Shown: positions 14,693 to 23,507 of the stretch, in pieces
How positions within the stretch are numbered: the first letter of the stretch is position 1
How the letters are laid out: every line of letters starts with the position of its first letter
Assembly (NCBI GenBank): GCA_037381105.1
Contig: JARRRC010000001.1
Span: forward strand, 1 to 39,593
Origin: Desulfobacterales bacterium
GTDB taxonomy: Bacteria > Desulfobacterota > Desulfobacteria > Desulfobacterales > UBA11574
Direction of reading: 5' to 3'
Length of the DNA: 39,593 bases
Notes under the pieces: model-generated
Database searches by the model: none
What the model was told of the DNA's origin: nothing
What the model saw: the letters and a program-made list of their open reading frames with translations, nothing else
Made by a program: the position numbers and the translations under genes

Positions 14693-14839
14693 TGGTGACC
14701 TCCTTAACGCCTGGTATGGGCTGCGGCTTGGGTTTAATGTTTATTTCCCAAACCATTTTTTGGTTAATACCAACCCGGACCCGACTTTTCTCAACCAACC
14801 AATACGTAAATATGCTTTAATAGCGTTCATGGTGTGTAT

Positions 14840-15238
14840 TCAACTCCCCCGGCATATCTGTTTCAATTCATCGCCCAATTGCTCGACCATGGCGCCCGCG
14901 TCCGGGTTGTTCAGCTCGTCCTTGACGTATCGCCGGCACAACTTCCGCGCCATTCGAGTGGCGTCAGCTTTAGTCAAGAGGGCGCGAAAAGCCAATCCGG
15001 TTGGTATATGCAGCACAATCCAAGATCCAGTATCGCTTCGATACACCCCGACATAGTCTCCGTATGGCGTCACTTTAATCTTTTTCGTACCTGCATCCGT
15101 ACGTCTATCCACAATTCGTACCTTACCCGCTTTTATGGCTTCCAATTCCAAGTCCTCGCGTATCCTTTCCAATTCAGCCCGTACTTGCTCCATATCGCGG
15201 CACACTTCGATGCGGTTCAATGCGGTCGATACTTTCAT
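14840..15238 (-). CDS. Hypothetical protein
   Basis: 132-aa ORF. Its start overlaps the stop of the upstream gene (ATGA-type junction at 15238). Confidence 0.5.
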   Translation of the reverse strand: MKVSTALNRIEVCRDMEQVRAELERIREDLELEAIKAGKVRIVDRRTDAGTKKIKVTPYGDYVGVYRSDTGSWIVLHIPTGLAFRALLTKADATRMARKLCRRYVKDELNNPDAGAMVEQLGDELKQICRGS

Positions 15239-15510
15239 TATCTTGCCTCTTTCCTTATGGTTTTCCTTGCTCGATTACGCGCACTTTGCTTTCCATGCCG
15301 ATCGCGTATTAAATCCCAGCTATAAAAGTAACAAACCATGTCTTTTATTTCAGATGCGCTGTACCCTATACCATCACTTGTGAAGAAAAACGGCTCATCA
15401 GGGTCGGTGAATTCGTTTTCTGTAACAGCTTTCACTACATCTGCAAATGTCTGAGGACACGCAGTTCCGTTTACAGCGTCGAAAAATGTTTCCTCGGTAA
15501 TCTGTCTCAT
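15238..15510 (-). CDS. Hypothetical protein, first gene of the short leftward block
   Basis: The ATG at 15510 has AGGAGGAAACC directly upstream. The ORF track extends to 15564, but that start lacks an RBS. Confidence 0.5.
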   Translation of the reverse strand: MRQITEETFFDAVNGTACPQTFADVVKAVTENEFTDPDEPFFFTSDGIGYSASEIKDMVCYFYSWDLIRDRHGKQSARNRARKTIRKEAR

Positions 15511-15540
15511 GGTTTCCTCCTTGTTTGATTGTTTAATCCT

Positions 15541-15569
15541 ACTATAACCCATTGGGCTACACATGTCAA
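15541..15569 (-). promoter_or_regulatory. Sigma70-like promoter driving the leftward block 15510->13858
   Basis: On the minus strand, TTGACA lies at 15569..15564, followed by an exact 17-nt spacer and TATAGT at 15546..15541. The predicted start is just upstream of the conserved leader at 15535..15516. Confidence 0.55.
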
Positions 15570-15589
15570 GCGCAAAATAACATATTTTG

Positions 15590-15595
15590 TATAAT
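15590..15595 (+). promoter_or_regulatory. Perfect TATAAT -10 element upstream of the terminase operon, with no good -35
   Basis: tgTATAAT at 15588..15595. The -35 region is poor, so this may be an activator-dependent late promoter. Confidence 0.3.
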
Positions 15596-15666
15596 GTCTG
15601 TACATGGCTGATATTGCTATATTTTATTTGACAAGAATTTTTTTGTTATTACGGGCGGTTTTGTTT

Positions 15667-16077
15667 ATGGCAAACAGGTTAAAACTTACATCTAAAAGAA
15701 AAACGCTATTTTTAGAGAGACTTAGCTCTGATCCGAATGTCCTTGAGGCCGCCAAGTCAATTGCCATATCGCCAACCTGCCTTTACGATCACAAGAAAAA
15801 AGATCCAGAGTTCCGCGAAGCATGGGACGCTGCGGAAAAGCTCGGGGCTCTTACACTGCTTGAGGAAGCCCAGCGACGAGCCGTCAAAGGTGTCCCGAAA
15901 GGTGTATGGCATCAAGGAAAATTAGTCGGCACCGAAATCCAATATTCCGACACCTTGCTTATTTTTTTAATTAAAAAACATTTTCCGGAGTTTCGGGAAA
16001 GATACGGCTTTGATGTTGAAGTTACTGGTTCATTCCAACTTTTGGTGGATACTGGGGAGCCAGATGCCGAAGCTTAG
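15667..16077 (+). CDS. terS: Terminase small subunit
   Basis: An HTH-like N-terminus (LFLERLSSDPNVLEAAKSIAISPTCLYDH) is followed by EEAQRRAVKG...YSDTLLIFLIKKHFPEFRE, a typical TerS pattern. The gene lies immediately upstream of TerL and overlaps it. Confidence 0.7.
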   Translation: MANRLKLTSKRKTLFLERLSSDPNVLEAAKSIAISPTCLYDHKKKDPEFREAWDAAEKLGALTLLEEAQRRAVKGVPKGVWHQGKLVGTEIQYSDTLLIFLIKKHFPEFRERYGFDVEVTGSFQLLVDTGEPDAEA

Positions 16078-17566
16078 CTATAAAGCCCACAAAACGCTTT
16101 CCAGGTTCCACCACTCAAAGGCCTTTCACCGTGCGATCCGTGGCCCCAGGGGTTCCGGTAAATCAACCGGTTGTTGTGTTGAACTCGGAATAAAAGGCCA
16201 GCAGCAAGCGCCTTACCACGACCTTAGGCAGACACGCTTTGCAATCGTAAGAGACACCTACCGGGAGCTTGAAGACACCACCATCAAGACCTGGTGCCGC
16301 TGGTATCCAGAAGAATTCACCGGCCCAATTAACCGGGGCACTATGAGCCATACTATCCGCCAAAAACTTCCAGACGGTACTATGTGGGAAATGGAGGCTC
16401 TTTTCAGAGCTCTGGACCGGCCTGGTGATATCAAGAAAACCCTTTCGCTGGAACTTACAGGGGCCTATATCAACGAAGCCAAAAATACTCCTTTCGGCAT
16501 TATATCAGGCCTTGATGATGCTATCGGTAGGTTTCCTCCCAAGGATCTATCTGTCGGATTCAATGGCCCGACATGGGCAGGGATGATCCTCGATACCAAT
16601 AGTCCAGACGATGACCACTGGTGGTATAAGCTCGATGAACAATTTCGCAACGGGGAGTTAGACCCTAAGGCATGGCAGTTTTTTGATCAGCCTGGGGGGC
16701 TTATTGAGCGTGGCGGTAAGTTTTTTGCCAACCCCAAGGCTGAAAACCTGGAAAACCTACCGGATGATTTTTATCTCATGCGTATGGTAGGAAAGTCCAA
16801 GGACCACATCAGAGTCTATTACTGCAATCAGTACGGCTTTGTTATCGACGGCATGCCGGTGCACCCGGATTATGTTGACGCTACCCACTGCCCCGGCGAG
16901 GAAATCAATCCAGCCAAGGGAAGAGCTGTAATTGTGGGTATTGACTTTGGTCTTACACCGGCCGCTACCTTCGGCCAGCAGCTTGTAAACGGCCGCTGGG
17001 TTGTTTTTGATGAACTGGTGACCGAGCGCATGGGGGCCGATAACTTCGGGAGAGAGCTAAAACTAAAGATCCAGTCAGAATACCCGGATTTTAAGTTTAA
17101 ATTCTATGGCGATCCTGCCGGCGGAGATGATAGCCAGACAGATGAGCGCACTTGTTTCCAGGTTCTGGCCACCCACGGCATCAACGCAGAGCCTGCAGTC
17201 GTCAAATCCAAGGCACGCAATGACACGGAAATACGTCGCGGGGCACTCAGAGCGCCTCTTACTCGCATGATCGACGGCAAACCCGGTATATTGATCAGCC
17301 CGAAGTGTAAAGTCCTGAGGAAAGCCCTCTCAGGCGGTTTCTGTTTCAAGAAAAAACAGATTGTTGGATCTGAGCAATACCATGCCACCCCGGACAAAAA
17401 CAAATACAGCCATGTGGCTGAGGCCTGCGAATATATGTGCATAGGCGGCGGCGAGGGGGAACGGCTGATAGAAGCGCCGCCTCAAGATGTCGATACCTCG
17501 TTGTGGGATCTAAATATCGAAATAGACCATGGGGCCGGTGATGCAAGCCTCGGGTGGATGGGATAA
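16064..17566 (+). CDS. terL: Terminase large subunit
   Basis: Walker A is IRGPRGSGKSTG. The Walker B region is MILDTNSPDDDHWW. Nuclease-domain segments are VGIDFGLTPAA, GDPAGG and YSHVAEACEYM. GGGGAG lies before the ATG at 16064. Confidence 0.9.
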   Translation: MPKLSYKAHKTLSRFHHSKAFHRAIRGPRGSGKSTGCCVELGIKGQQQAPYHDLRQTRFAIVRDTYRELEDTTIKTWCRWYPEEFTGPINRGTMSHTIRQKLPDGTMWEMEALFRALDRPGDIKKTLSLELTGAYINEAKNTPFGIISGLDDAIGRFPPKDLSVGFNGPTWAGMILDTNSPDDDHWWYKLDEQFRNGELDPKAWQFFDQPGGLIERGGKFFANPKAENLENLPDDFYLMRMVGKSKDHIRVYYCNQYGFVIDGMPVHPDYVDATHCPGEEINPAKGRAVIVGIDFGLTPAATFGQQLVNGRWVVFDELVTERMGADNFGRELKLKIQSEYPDFKFKFYGDPAGGDDSQTDERTCFQVLATHGINAEPAVVKSKARNDTEIRRGALRAPLTRMIDGKPGILISPKCKVLRKALSGGFCFKKKQIVGSEQYHATPDKNKYSHVAEACEYMCIGGGEGERLIEAPPQDVDTSLWDLNIEIDHGAGDASLGWMG

Positions 17567-17568
17567 CC

Positions 17569-18039
17569 ATGGATTTAACCGGCATAGGAAGCGTGGCCGA
17601 TTTTGCCAAGAGCATCGTCGATCGTATTTTCCCGCCGTCTGCCGATCCGAATGAGCGGATGAAAGCCCAGGCTGAAATGGAACGGATGTTAGCCGAGCGC
17701 GAAAATGTCCTGGTCCAGGCAAAGGCCGCTGTTATGACCTCCGAGCTCACTCAGGACGACTCATACACCAAGCGCGGTCGACCGACGATCATTTATGCCG
17801 GTCTTGTTTTTATTTTCCTTGTGCATGTCCTGTTTCCGATTATCGCCTGGGCCGTTTTGATGTTTAAGGGATCCGGCGCGGCAATGCCCTCCCTGGCCCT
17901 TCCCTCTGAATTCTGGATGGCCTGGGGTGGGTGTTGCTCTCTTTATATCCTGGGGCGCAGTAAGGAAAAAAGCAGCGGCGAACTAGGCGGGATCTTTGGT
18001 AAAATTTACGATGTCGTAGGTGGTAAAAATAATGGCTAA
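17569..18039 (+). CDS. 3TM holin-like membrane protein (GTA_holin_3TM / DUF3154-like)
   Basis: The pattern is FAKSIVDRIFPPSADPNERMKAQAEMERML, then RGRPTIIYAGLVFIFLVHVLFPIIAWAV, then further TM segments. This matches the layout I recall for that family. Confidence 0.5.
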   Translation: MDLTGIGSVADFAKSIVDRIFPPSADPNERMKAQAEMERMLAERENVLVQAKAAVMTSELTQDDSYTKRGRPTIIYAGLVFIFLVHVLFPIIAWAVLMFKGSGAAMPSLALPSEFWMAWGGCCSLYILGRSKEKSSGELGGIFGKIYDVVGGKNNG

Positions 18040-20011
18040 AAAGATAAAAACCGTAAACGAAGTCGAACTGATCCAGCGGGCGAAAAAGAATTTCAAATTT
18101 GATTTTGACGCCTGTAAGGAAACCTACGACGAGATGATCGACGATTTGTATTTCGGCCAGGGGATTAACCAGTGGCCCGACAGCGTAAGGGTAGCCCGCG
18201 AAAACGATAAGAGGCCGTGCCTGCGCATAAATAAAATGCCCCAGTTTGTCGATCGTGTGCTCGGAGATTTAAGACAGTCCAGGCCAACGATTAAGGCCAG
18301 GCCGTTTGATGATAGAGCCGATAAAGACACAGCAGAGATCATCGGCGGCATAATCCGTAATATCGAGCAACAAAGCGATGCCGAAATAGTTTACGACTCA
18401 GGCGCCGAGGCCATGGTGCGCTGCGGCTATGGAGCCTGGCGCGTCCTCACTGATTATGTTTCCGACGAGTCTTTTGATCAGGAAATCCTGATCGACAGGA
18501 TTAAAAACCAATTTTCCGTTGTTTTTGATGCAAATGCCAAAAAATGGGATAAATCAGACGCCAGACGCGCTTATGTCTACGAGGACATGCCGAGGGATGT
18601 TTTCAAGCAGCGCTGGCCGAAAAAAGATCCCTGTGATTTTTCTGCGGGCGGCAAGGACCAGGGCGACTGGATTCGAGAAGATACTGTGCGGGTCATGGAA
18701 TACTTTGAGCGGGATATTACCTCGCACAAGCTGTATTTGATTTTGCCGGACGGACAACAAGACACTAAAACTGTAACCGAGCTGCCCGCAGATTATCAAT
18801 ATGCAATCATAAAAGAGCGCACGATACAGGATCCCACAATCACATGGTACAGGATCAGCGGTAAAGAAATCCTTGAAGGACCTATCGAGCTTAAAGGGCA
18901 ATACATCCCGCTTATTCCCTGTTACGGCAAGGAAACCAATATCGAGGGAAAATCTTATTACAACGGCATTATCCGGCACGCCAAGGATTCTCAGCGGCTT
19001 TACAACTATTTCAGGTCCTACGATGCTGAAACAATAGCCCTGGCGCCCAAGGCGCCATGGATCATGACCGCCAAAATGCTCGGGACCTACAAGGCGCAGT
19101 GGGACCAAGCCAACGAACGCAATTTTTCATATCTGCTGTACGACCCAGACCCCAATGCGCCCGGGGTCAAGCCTGAACGCAATATCCCCCAAATGACAAA
19201 TCAGGCCATAATTCAGCAGGTCATGATTGCTGACCAAGAGCTGCACGACACAACCGGCCTGCAGCTTGCCAGCCTCGGCAAGAAATCAAACGAGCAAAGC
19301 GGAGCTGCTATCCAGGCCAGGGCCAAAGAGGGCGATATAGGACAATTTACCTACATTGACAATGTGATGCGGGCGATTAAGCACACAGCCAAAATTATTG
19401 TTGATCTGATCCCCTACATTTACGACACGGCCAGAGTACAGCGCATTATCGGCGAGGACGGCGAGTCGAAAACGGTAAAGATTAACGAGCAGTTCGAGGA
19501 CGAGAAAACAAAAGAATCACGCATATTTGATATGACCATGGGAAAATATGACGTTATTGCCTCGGTCGGCCCGAGCTACCAGACACAGCGCCAGGAAGCT
19601 CTGGCTGCAATGATAGATTTTGCTAAGATCCTCGATAACCAGCAGCGGGCAATCATCTCAGATCAGATTGCAGCCACCTCCGACTGGCACGGAGCCGATA
19701 GGATAGCCAAGCGCCTAAAGCGTACCATTCCGCCCAATCTTTTGGGTCCGGAAGATGCCGAGGAAGACCCGCAACCGCCTGCACCGCCAAACGAACAGGA
19801 GATTAAAATGCAGGCCATGGCGGATGCCAAGATGGAGGTTGAACAGGAAACCGCTGAAGTCGAGCTGGCTATTAAAAAAGCCGAGCTTGAAGAGAAAAAG
19901 GCCAAAGCCGCTATTGCCGAAGCCGAGGCAGCAATAAAAGAAGCCGAGGCGACAGATGTTGCCAGAGGCTTCCAGCGTCCCGATAATTCCAGCGCAAGGG
20001 CTACAGCGTAA
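18032..20011 (+). CDS. Portal protein (P22-like)
   Basis: 660 aa following TerL. It contains GQGINQWPDSVRVARENDKRPCLRINKMPQFVDRVLGDLRQSRPTIKARP and an Ala/Glu-rich coiled-coil C-terminal barrel, as in P22-type portals. Confidence 0.8.
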   Translation: MAKKIKTVNEVELIQRAKKNFKFDFDACKETYDEMIDDLYFGQGINQWPDSVRVARENDKRPCLRINKMPQFVDRVLGDLRQSRPTIKARPFDDRADKDTAEIIGGIIRNIEQQSDAEIVYDSGAEAMVRCGYGAWRVLTDYVSDESFDQEILIDRIKNQFSVVFDANAKKWDKSDARRAYVYEDMPRDVFKQRWPKKDPCDFSAGGKDQGDWIREDTVRVMEYFERDITSHKLYLILPDGQQDTKTVTELPADYQYAIIKERTIQDPTITWYRISGKEILEGPIELKGQYIPLIPCYGKETNIEGKSYYNGIIRHAKDSQRLYNYFRSYDAETIALAPKAPWIMTAKMLGTYKAQWDQANERNFSYLLYDPDPNAPGVKPERNIPQMTNQAIIQQVMIADQELHDTTGLQLASLGKKSNEQSGAAIQARAKEGDIGQFTYIDNVMRAIKHTAKIIVDLIPYIYDTARVQRIIGEDGESKTVKINEQFEDEKTKESRIFDMTMGKYDVIASVGPSYQTQRQEALAAMIDFAKILDNQQRAIISDQIAATSDWHGADRIAKRLKRTIPPNLLGPEDAEEDPQPPAPPNEQEIKMQAMADAKMEVEQETAEVELAIKKAELEEKKAKAAIAEAEAAIKEAEATDVARGFQRPDNSSARATA

Positions 20012-20595
20012 TGCATATCGTTAAAAACACCATAGACAGGCCTCTAAAAAACCATGATTTTTTGTTGATCACGGGAGACGGCAAGCCTTTACCCCGAGAT
20101 CTTGAAACGTTTATGGATCTCGGCATTGACCATGATGTAATGTGCATTGGCCGGTCAATCCAGATATACCCCGGGCTTGTTGATCATTATGCTGATGTTG
20201 ATGCCGATGCCGGCAAGTGGGTTGCTGAAAACCTGATCGAAAATAATCCGGACAAGGGCTACCCGATCAGGCATACCCTCGGCGATGTTGCCTGGTTTGA
20301 TGTTTGTTGGGAAATCGAAGATTGCCTAATTCCATCCGAGGATATTCTGTGGCACGGATCAACGGCGCTGTTTTGTGTTCTGATAGGAATTGCAATGGAA
20401 TATAAGCAGATTGTGCTTGCAGGCTGCCCTATGGACTCCAAGGGGCATTGGTATTTCCCGGATGAAACTTATGGCCCCAAATGGACGTTTGAAAGCTATC
20501 AATCCTGGTTTGAGTTTGCCGCAACAGAGGATGCTAAAAAAGTATGCTCTTTAAGCGGCTACACGAAACAACTTTTAGGCGGGTTCAATGGATAG
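20011..20595 (+). CDS. CstII/Maf (DUF115, MptE-like)-type putative nonulosonic-acid transferase, paralog 1
   Basis: DFLLITGDGKPL, DVMCIGRS and GSTALFCVLIGIAMEYKQIVLAGCPMDSKGHWY parallel C. jejuni CstII segments VIIAGNGPSL, DVFRCNQFY and ITSGVYMCAVAIALGYKEIYLSGIDFY (recalled from memory). Confidence 0.5.
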   Translation: MHIVKNTIDRPLKNHDFLLITGDGKPLPRDLETFMDLGIDHDVMCIGRSIQIYPGLVDHYADVDADAGKWVAENLIENNPDKGYPIRHTLGDVAWFDVCWEIEDCLIPSEDILWHGSTALFCVLIGIAMEYKQIVLAGCPMDSKGHWYFPDETYGPKWTFESYQSWFEFAATEDAKKVCSLSGYTKQLLGGFNG

Positions 20596-21247
20596 CAACT
20601 TCTTAAGCACGGTACAGCCGTACAGAATCGATCCAAAACGCTGGTGGGTTGATATCCCGGTAAAGGACGCCTCTGAGTTAAAGCCCGACACAGGCAATGA
20701 TGTCCTGTTAATCGTCGGAGACGGCCGGGACGTGCTCGCCGATCTGATTAATTTCTGGGGCATACAGGAGCCCGCCGATATCATGTGCATGAATTTTTCC
20801 CCTAAAATTATCCCCGAGGGGGTGCCCATCCAGCACTATATTGCAGGGGATAGCCACACGCCGAGCATGCAAAAAATAGCGGGACAACTGCCCTCCGGTG
20901 TTTTGCGGCATTGCTGGAACCAGAACAGCACGAATTTTGATATCCGGTGGGGGCGCAATACGTCCAAGGGCTGGACCGGAACAACCGCCAACCTCGGCGT
21001 TAAAATAGGCATTGCTTTAGGCTATATGAAAATAGTCTTGGCCGGCTGTCCTATGGATACCAGCGGCAACTGGTACCGCGACAGCCTGCCTGAAAACGAT
21101 GTAAAACGCGGTAAGGATCACACCGCGCACTTGTGGAAGTGGACCGAAATAGCATCCCGGCCGATAGGTCGGTTTATCCGCTCGATGAGCGGGAACACCG
21201 CCATGTTGTTTGGCGAGCCTGACAAGGAGTGGCTGCAAAATGTTTAA
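20588..21247 (+). CDS. CstII/Maf (DUF115, MptE-like)-type putative nonulosonic-acid transferase, paralog 2
   Basis: VLLIVGDGRDV, DIMCMNFS and GTTANLGVKIGIALGYMKIVLAGCPMDTSGNWY show clear paralogy to the preceding ORF and use the same motif set. Confidence 0.5.
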   Translation: MDSNFLSTVQPYRIDPKRWWVDIPVKDASELKPDTGNDVLLIVGDGRDVLADLINFWGIQEPADIMCMNFSPKIIPEGVPIQHYIAGDSHTPSMQKIAGQLPSGVLRHCWNQNSTNFDIRWGRNTSKGWTGTTANLGVKIGIALGYMKIVLAGCPMDTSGNWYRDSLPENDVKRGKDHTAHLWKWTEIASRPIGRFIRSMSGNTAMLFGEPDKEWLQNV

Positions 21248-21317
21248 AAGTAGTAACCGGCCCTTGGCCGAGCAAAATAACCGGCATAAGCCGAGCATTG
21301 AAGGGAAAGTATAGCAC

Positions 21318-22199
21318 ATGGAAAACGGATTATTAACAGAGGGTTTTATGGAAGGCGCTGAACTTGACATGGACGAACAGGGCAACCTGATCGAGCCAAC
21401 CGGGGATGAGCCGGAAAAACCGGACCAGACCGAGCCGGTAACATCAGAACCAGATGAACCGGAAGTAACAGGTACGCAAGAAGGTGAGCAACAGCCTGAA
21501 AATGTTGATGAAGAACCTGAAATTACCGCAACTCAAATGCGCGAGCAAATGAAAAAAATGCGGTCGCAGATTAACAGCCTGCATCGCAGATTGAGAAAGA
21601 CCAGCAAGGCACAGCCGGCTATTAAGGCCCCAGAGCCGCTGGACAAGTCAACAGCTCCCAAGATGGCGGATTTCGAAACCATCGAAGACTACGAAACTGC
21701 CAAAACCAATTGGGAGATCGACCAGCGTGTAAATGACGGCATCCGGAAAGCCACACAGCACATTGATTCGGAAGCGCAGCTTAAAGAAGAGCGCGCTGAA
21801 TTCGTTAACGATACTGTTTCTTTAGGAAAAACGATTTACAATGATTTCGATAAAGTTGTGCTCCAGGATAATGTGCCTATCACCATGGAGATGATAGACA
21901 CGGTTCGCACCATGGACGACAACGAAAACGTTACACCGGCCGATCTGCTCTATTACCTGGGCAAGAACCCGGCCGAGGCCACGGCATGTTCACGCATGAG
22001 CGGCGCCCAATTAATAAGGGCTCTGGCAAAGATTGAAACCAAGCTTGAAGGCATTAAGTCTCAAGCTACACCGAAACCAACAAAAACAATTTCCGACGCC
22101 CCGCCCCCTATAAAGCCAACGGACTCGACTGTGATCGTTCATAAAGATCCGACCAAAATGACCCAGGCTGAATACGAGGCATGGCGTATGGGAGGATAA
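21318..22199 (+). CDS. Putative scaffolding protein
   Basis: The gene lies between the portal and coat genes. It has a highly acidic N-terminus and a helical, charged, low-complexity body. The call rests on position and composition only. Confidence 0.45.
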   Translation: MENGLLTEGFMEGAELDMDEQGNLIEPTGDEPEKPDQTEPVTSEPDEPEVTGTQEGEQQPENVDEEPEITATQMREQMKKMRSQINSLHRRLRKTSKAQPAIKAPEPLDKSTAPKMADFETIEDYETAKTNWEIDQRVNDGIRKATQHIDSEAQLKEERAEFVNDTVSLGKTIYNDFDKVVLQDNVPITMEMIDTVRTMDDNENVTPADLLYYLGKNPAEATACSRMSGAQLIRALAKIETKLEGIKSQATPKPTKTISDAPPPIKPTDSTVIVHKDPTKMTQAEYEAWRMGG

Positions 22200-22209
22200 G
22201 GATTAGCAA

Positions 22210-23442
22210 ATGGGATCAACTCACACTTTGCTGACCCCGACTGTCATAGCCAAAGAAGCGCTCATGCGTTTAAAAAATAATCTGGTGATGGGCAATCGGG
22301 TCCACCGCAATTACGAAATGGAATTCAAGAAAATCGGCGGCACGGTTACCATCCGCAAGCCGGTCAAATTCACCGTAACAACGGGCCGCACCCGGGCCAC
22401 GTCAACCATCACGGAAAACAGCATCACGTTGCAGGTCGCAACCCAGAAACACGTTTCCTGGTCGTTTAACAGCGCAGACCTGACCCTGACCATCGATCAG
22501 TACAACGAGCGTTACATCATGGGCGGAACCCAGGTGCTGGCTAATGCCATCGACGCTGATTTGTGCGATCTTTACAAGGACGTTTATAACGAGGTCTGGG
22601 AATCCACCGGATTCGTCAACCCGGAGACGTTCATGGTCCTGGGAAAAGCCGGCCAGAGGCTTGACGAGGAAGCATCCCCCCAGGAAGACCGTTGCATCGT
22701 TTTTAACCCGGCCGCTCACTGGTCCATGGCAAACGCCATGAAGGGCTTGTATGTGACCGATGTTGCCGGTGCTGCCGTTAAAAAGGGCTACTTGGCCAGA
22801 ATCGCCAACATGGAAATCTATATGGACCAGAACGTTAAAGTCCATACAACCGGCGTTTTCCATGATACCGGTTCGACGGCTGCTATCCTGGTCGGCACGA
22901 CCTCACCGGCAAACCTTGCCACAAGCCTGGAACTGATCCACTTCCGCGTGGTTTCCACGGTCGCCCTGAAACAAGGCGATGTTTTCACCATTGCCGGTGT
23001 TTACGCTGTCAATCCTGTTTCCGGTCAATCCACAGGAGCGCTGCGGCAATTTGTTGTCACAGCGGACGCCTCCGCAGCGGCTACGGCTACCAGTGCGATT
23101 GTAACGGCCCATATCGATCCGCAGATCATCAACACGGGGCCTTACAAGACAGTGGACACCACCCCGGCCGCTGGTGCTGCTGTGACCATCGTCGGCACCC
23201 AAAACGAGCCTTACCCGGTCAATCTGGCATTCCACAAGAACGCCTTTGCGCTGGTGATGGTGCCGCTGGTAACGCCCAAGAATGTCTGGGGTTCTACAGC
23301 GGTAGACAGCGGATATTCGATCCGTGTGCTGAAAGCCTACAGCATCGATCTGGACGATGAAGTCTGTCGTCTCGACGTGCTTTACGGCACCAAAACCCTC
23401 TATCCCGAGCTCGCCTGCAGAATCAGGGGCGCGGAAGGATAA
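22210..23442 (+). CDS. Major capsid protein, P22 coat-like family
   Basis: The N-terminus is LLTPTVIAKEALMRLKNNLVMGNRVHRNYEMEFKKIGGTVTIRKP. The C-terminus is NLAFHKNAFALVMVPL...CRLDVLYGTKTLYPELACRI. Both fit the P22/BPP-1-type coat pattern. A stem-loop follows the gene. Confidence 0.8.
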   Translation: MGSTHTLLTPTVIAKEALMRLKNNLVMGNRVHRNYEMEFKKIGGTVTIRKPVKFTVTTGRTRATSTITENSITLQVATQKHVSWSFNSADLTLTIDQYNERYIMGGTQVLANAIDADLCDLYKDVYNEVWESTGFVNPETFMVLGKAGQRLDEEASPQEDRCIVFNPAAHWSMANAMKGLYVTDVAGAAVKKGYLARIANMEIYMDQNVKVHTTGVFHDTGSTAAILVGTTSPANLATSLELIHFRVVSTVALKQGDVFTIAGVYAVNPVSGQSTGALRQFVVTADASAAATATSAIVTAHIDPQIINTGPYKTVDTTPAAGAAVTIVGTQNEPYPVNLAFHKNAFALVMVPLVTPKNVWGSTAVDSGYSIRVLKAYSIDLDDEVCRLDVLYGTKTLYPELACRIRGAEG

Positions 23443-23460
23443 AATAACAACTTTGATTTA

Positions 23461-23479
23461 GGGGCTCGAAAAGAGCCCC
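23461..23479 (+). terminator. Stem-loop after the capsid gene, either an attenuating terminator or an mRNA stabiliser
   Basis: ggggctc gaaaa gagcccc forms a perfect 7-bp GC-rich stem. No clear U-tract follows. Confidence 0.45.
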
Positions 23480-23507
23480 AGATCAAGGTTGCTTGTGAAA
23501 GGTCTGC

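Noticed and set aside
14742-14828. 29-aa minus-strand ORF (MNAIKAYLRIGWLRKVGSGLVLTKKWFGK) in the 14693-14839 gap
   Set aside because: It has no SD sequence, is very short and has no recognisable features. It cannot be supported from sequence alone.
15628-15656. TTGACA at 15628..15633 as the -35 of the late (terminase) promoter
   Set aside because: No acceptable -10 hexamer lies 16-18 nt downstream; acgggc sits at the 17-nt position.
22402-22863. 153-aa minus-strand ORF inside the coat gene, and similar long antisense ORFs at 27219..27719, 31620..32180 and 18554..19108
   Set aside because: They run antisense to confidently assigned structural genes, have no RBS and have skewed composition. 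They are shadow ORFs.
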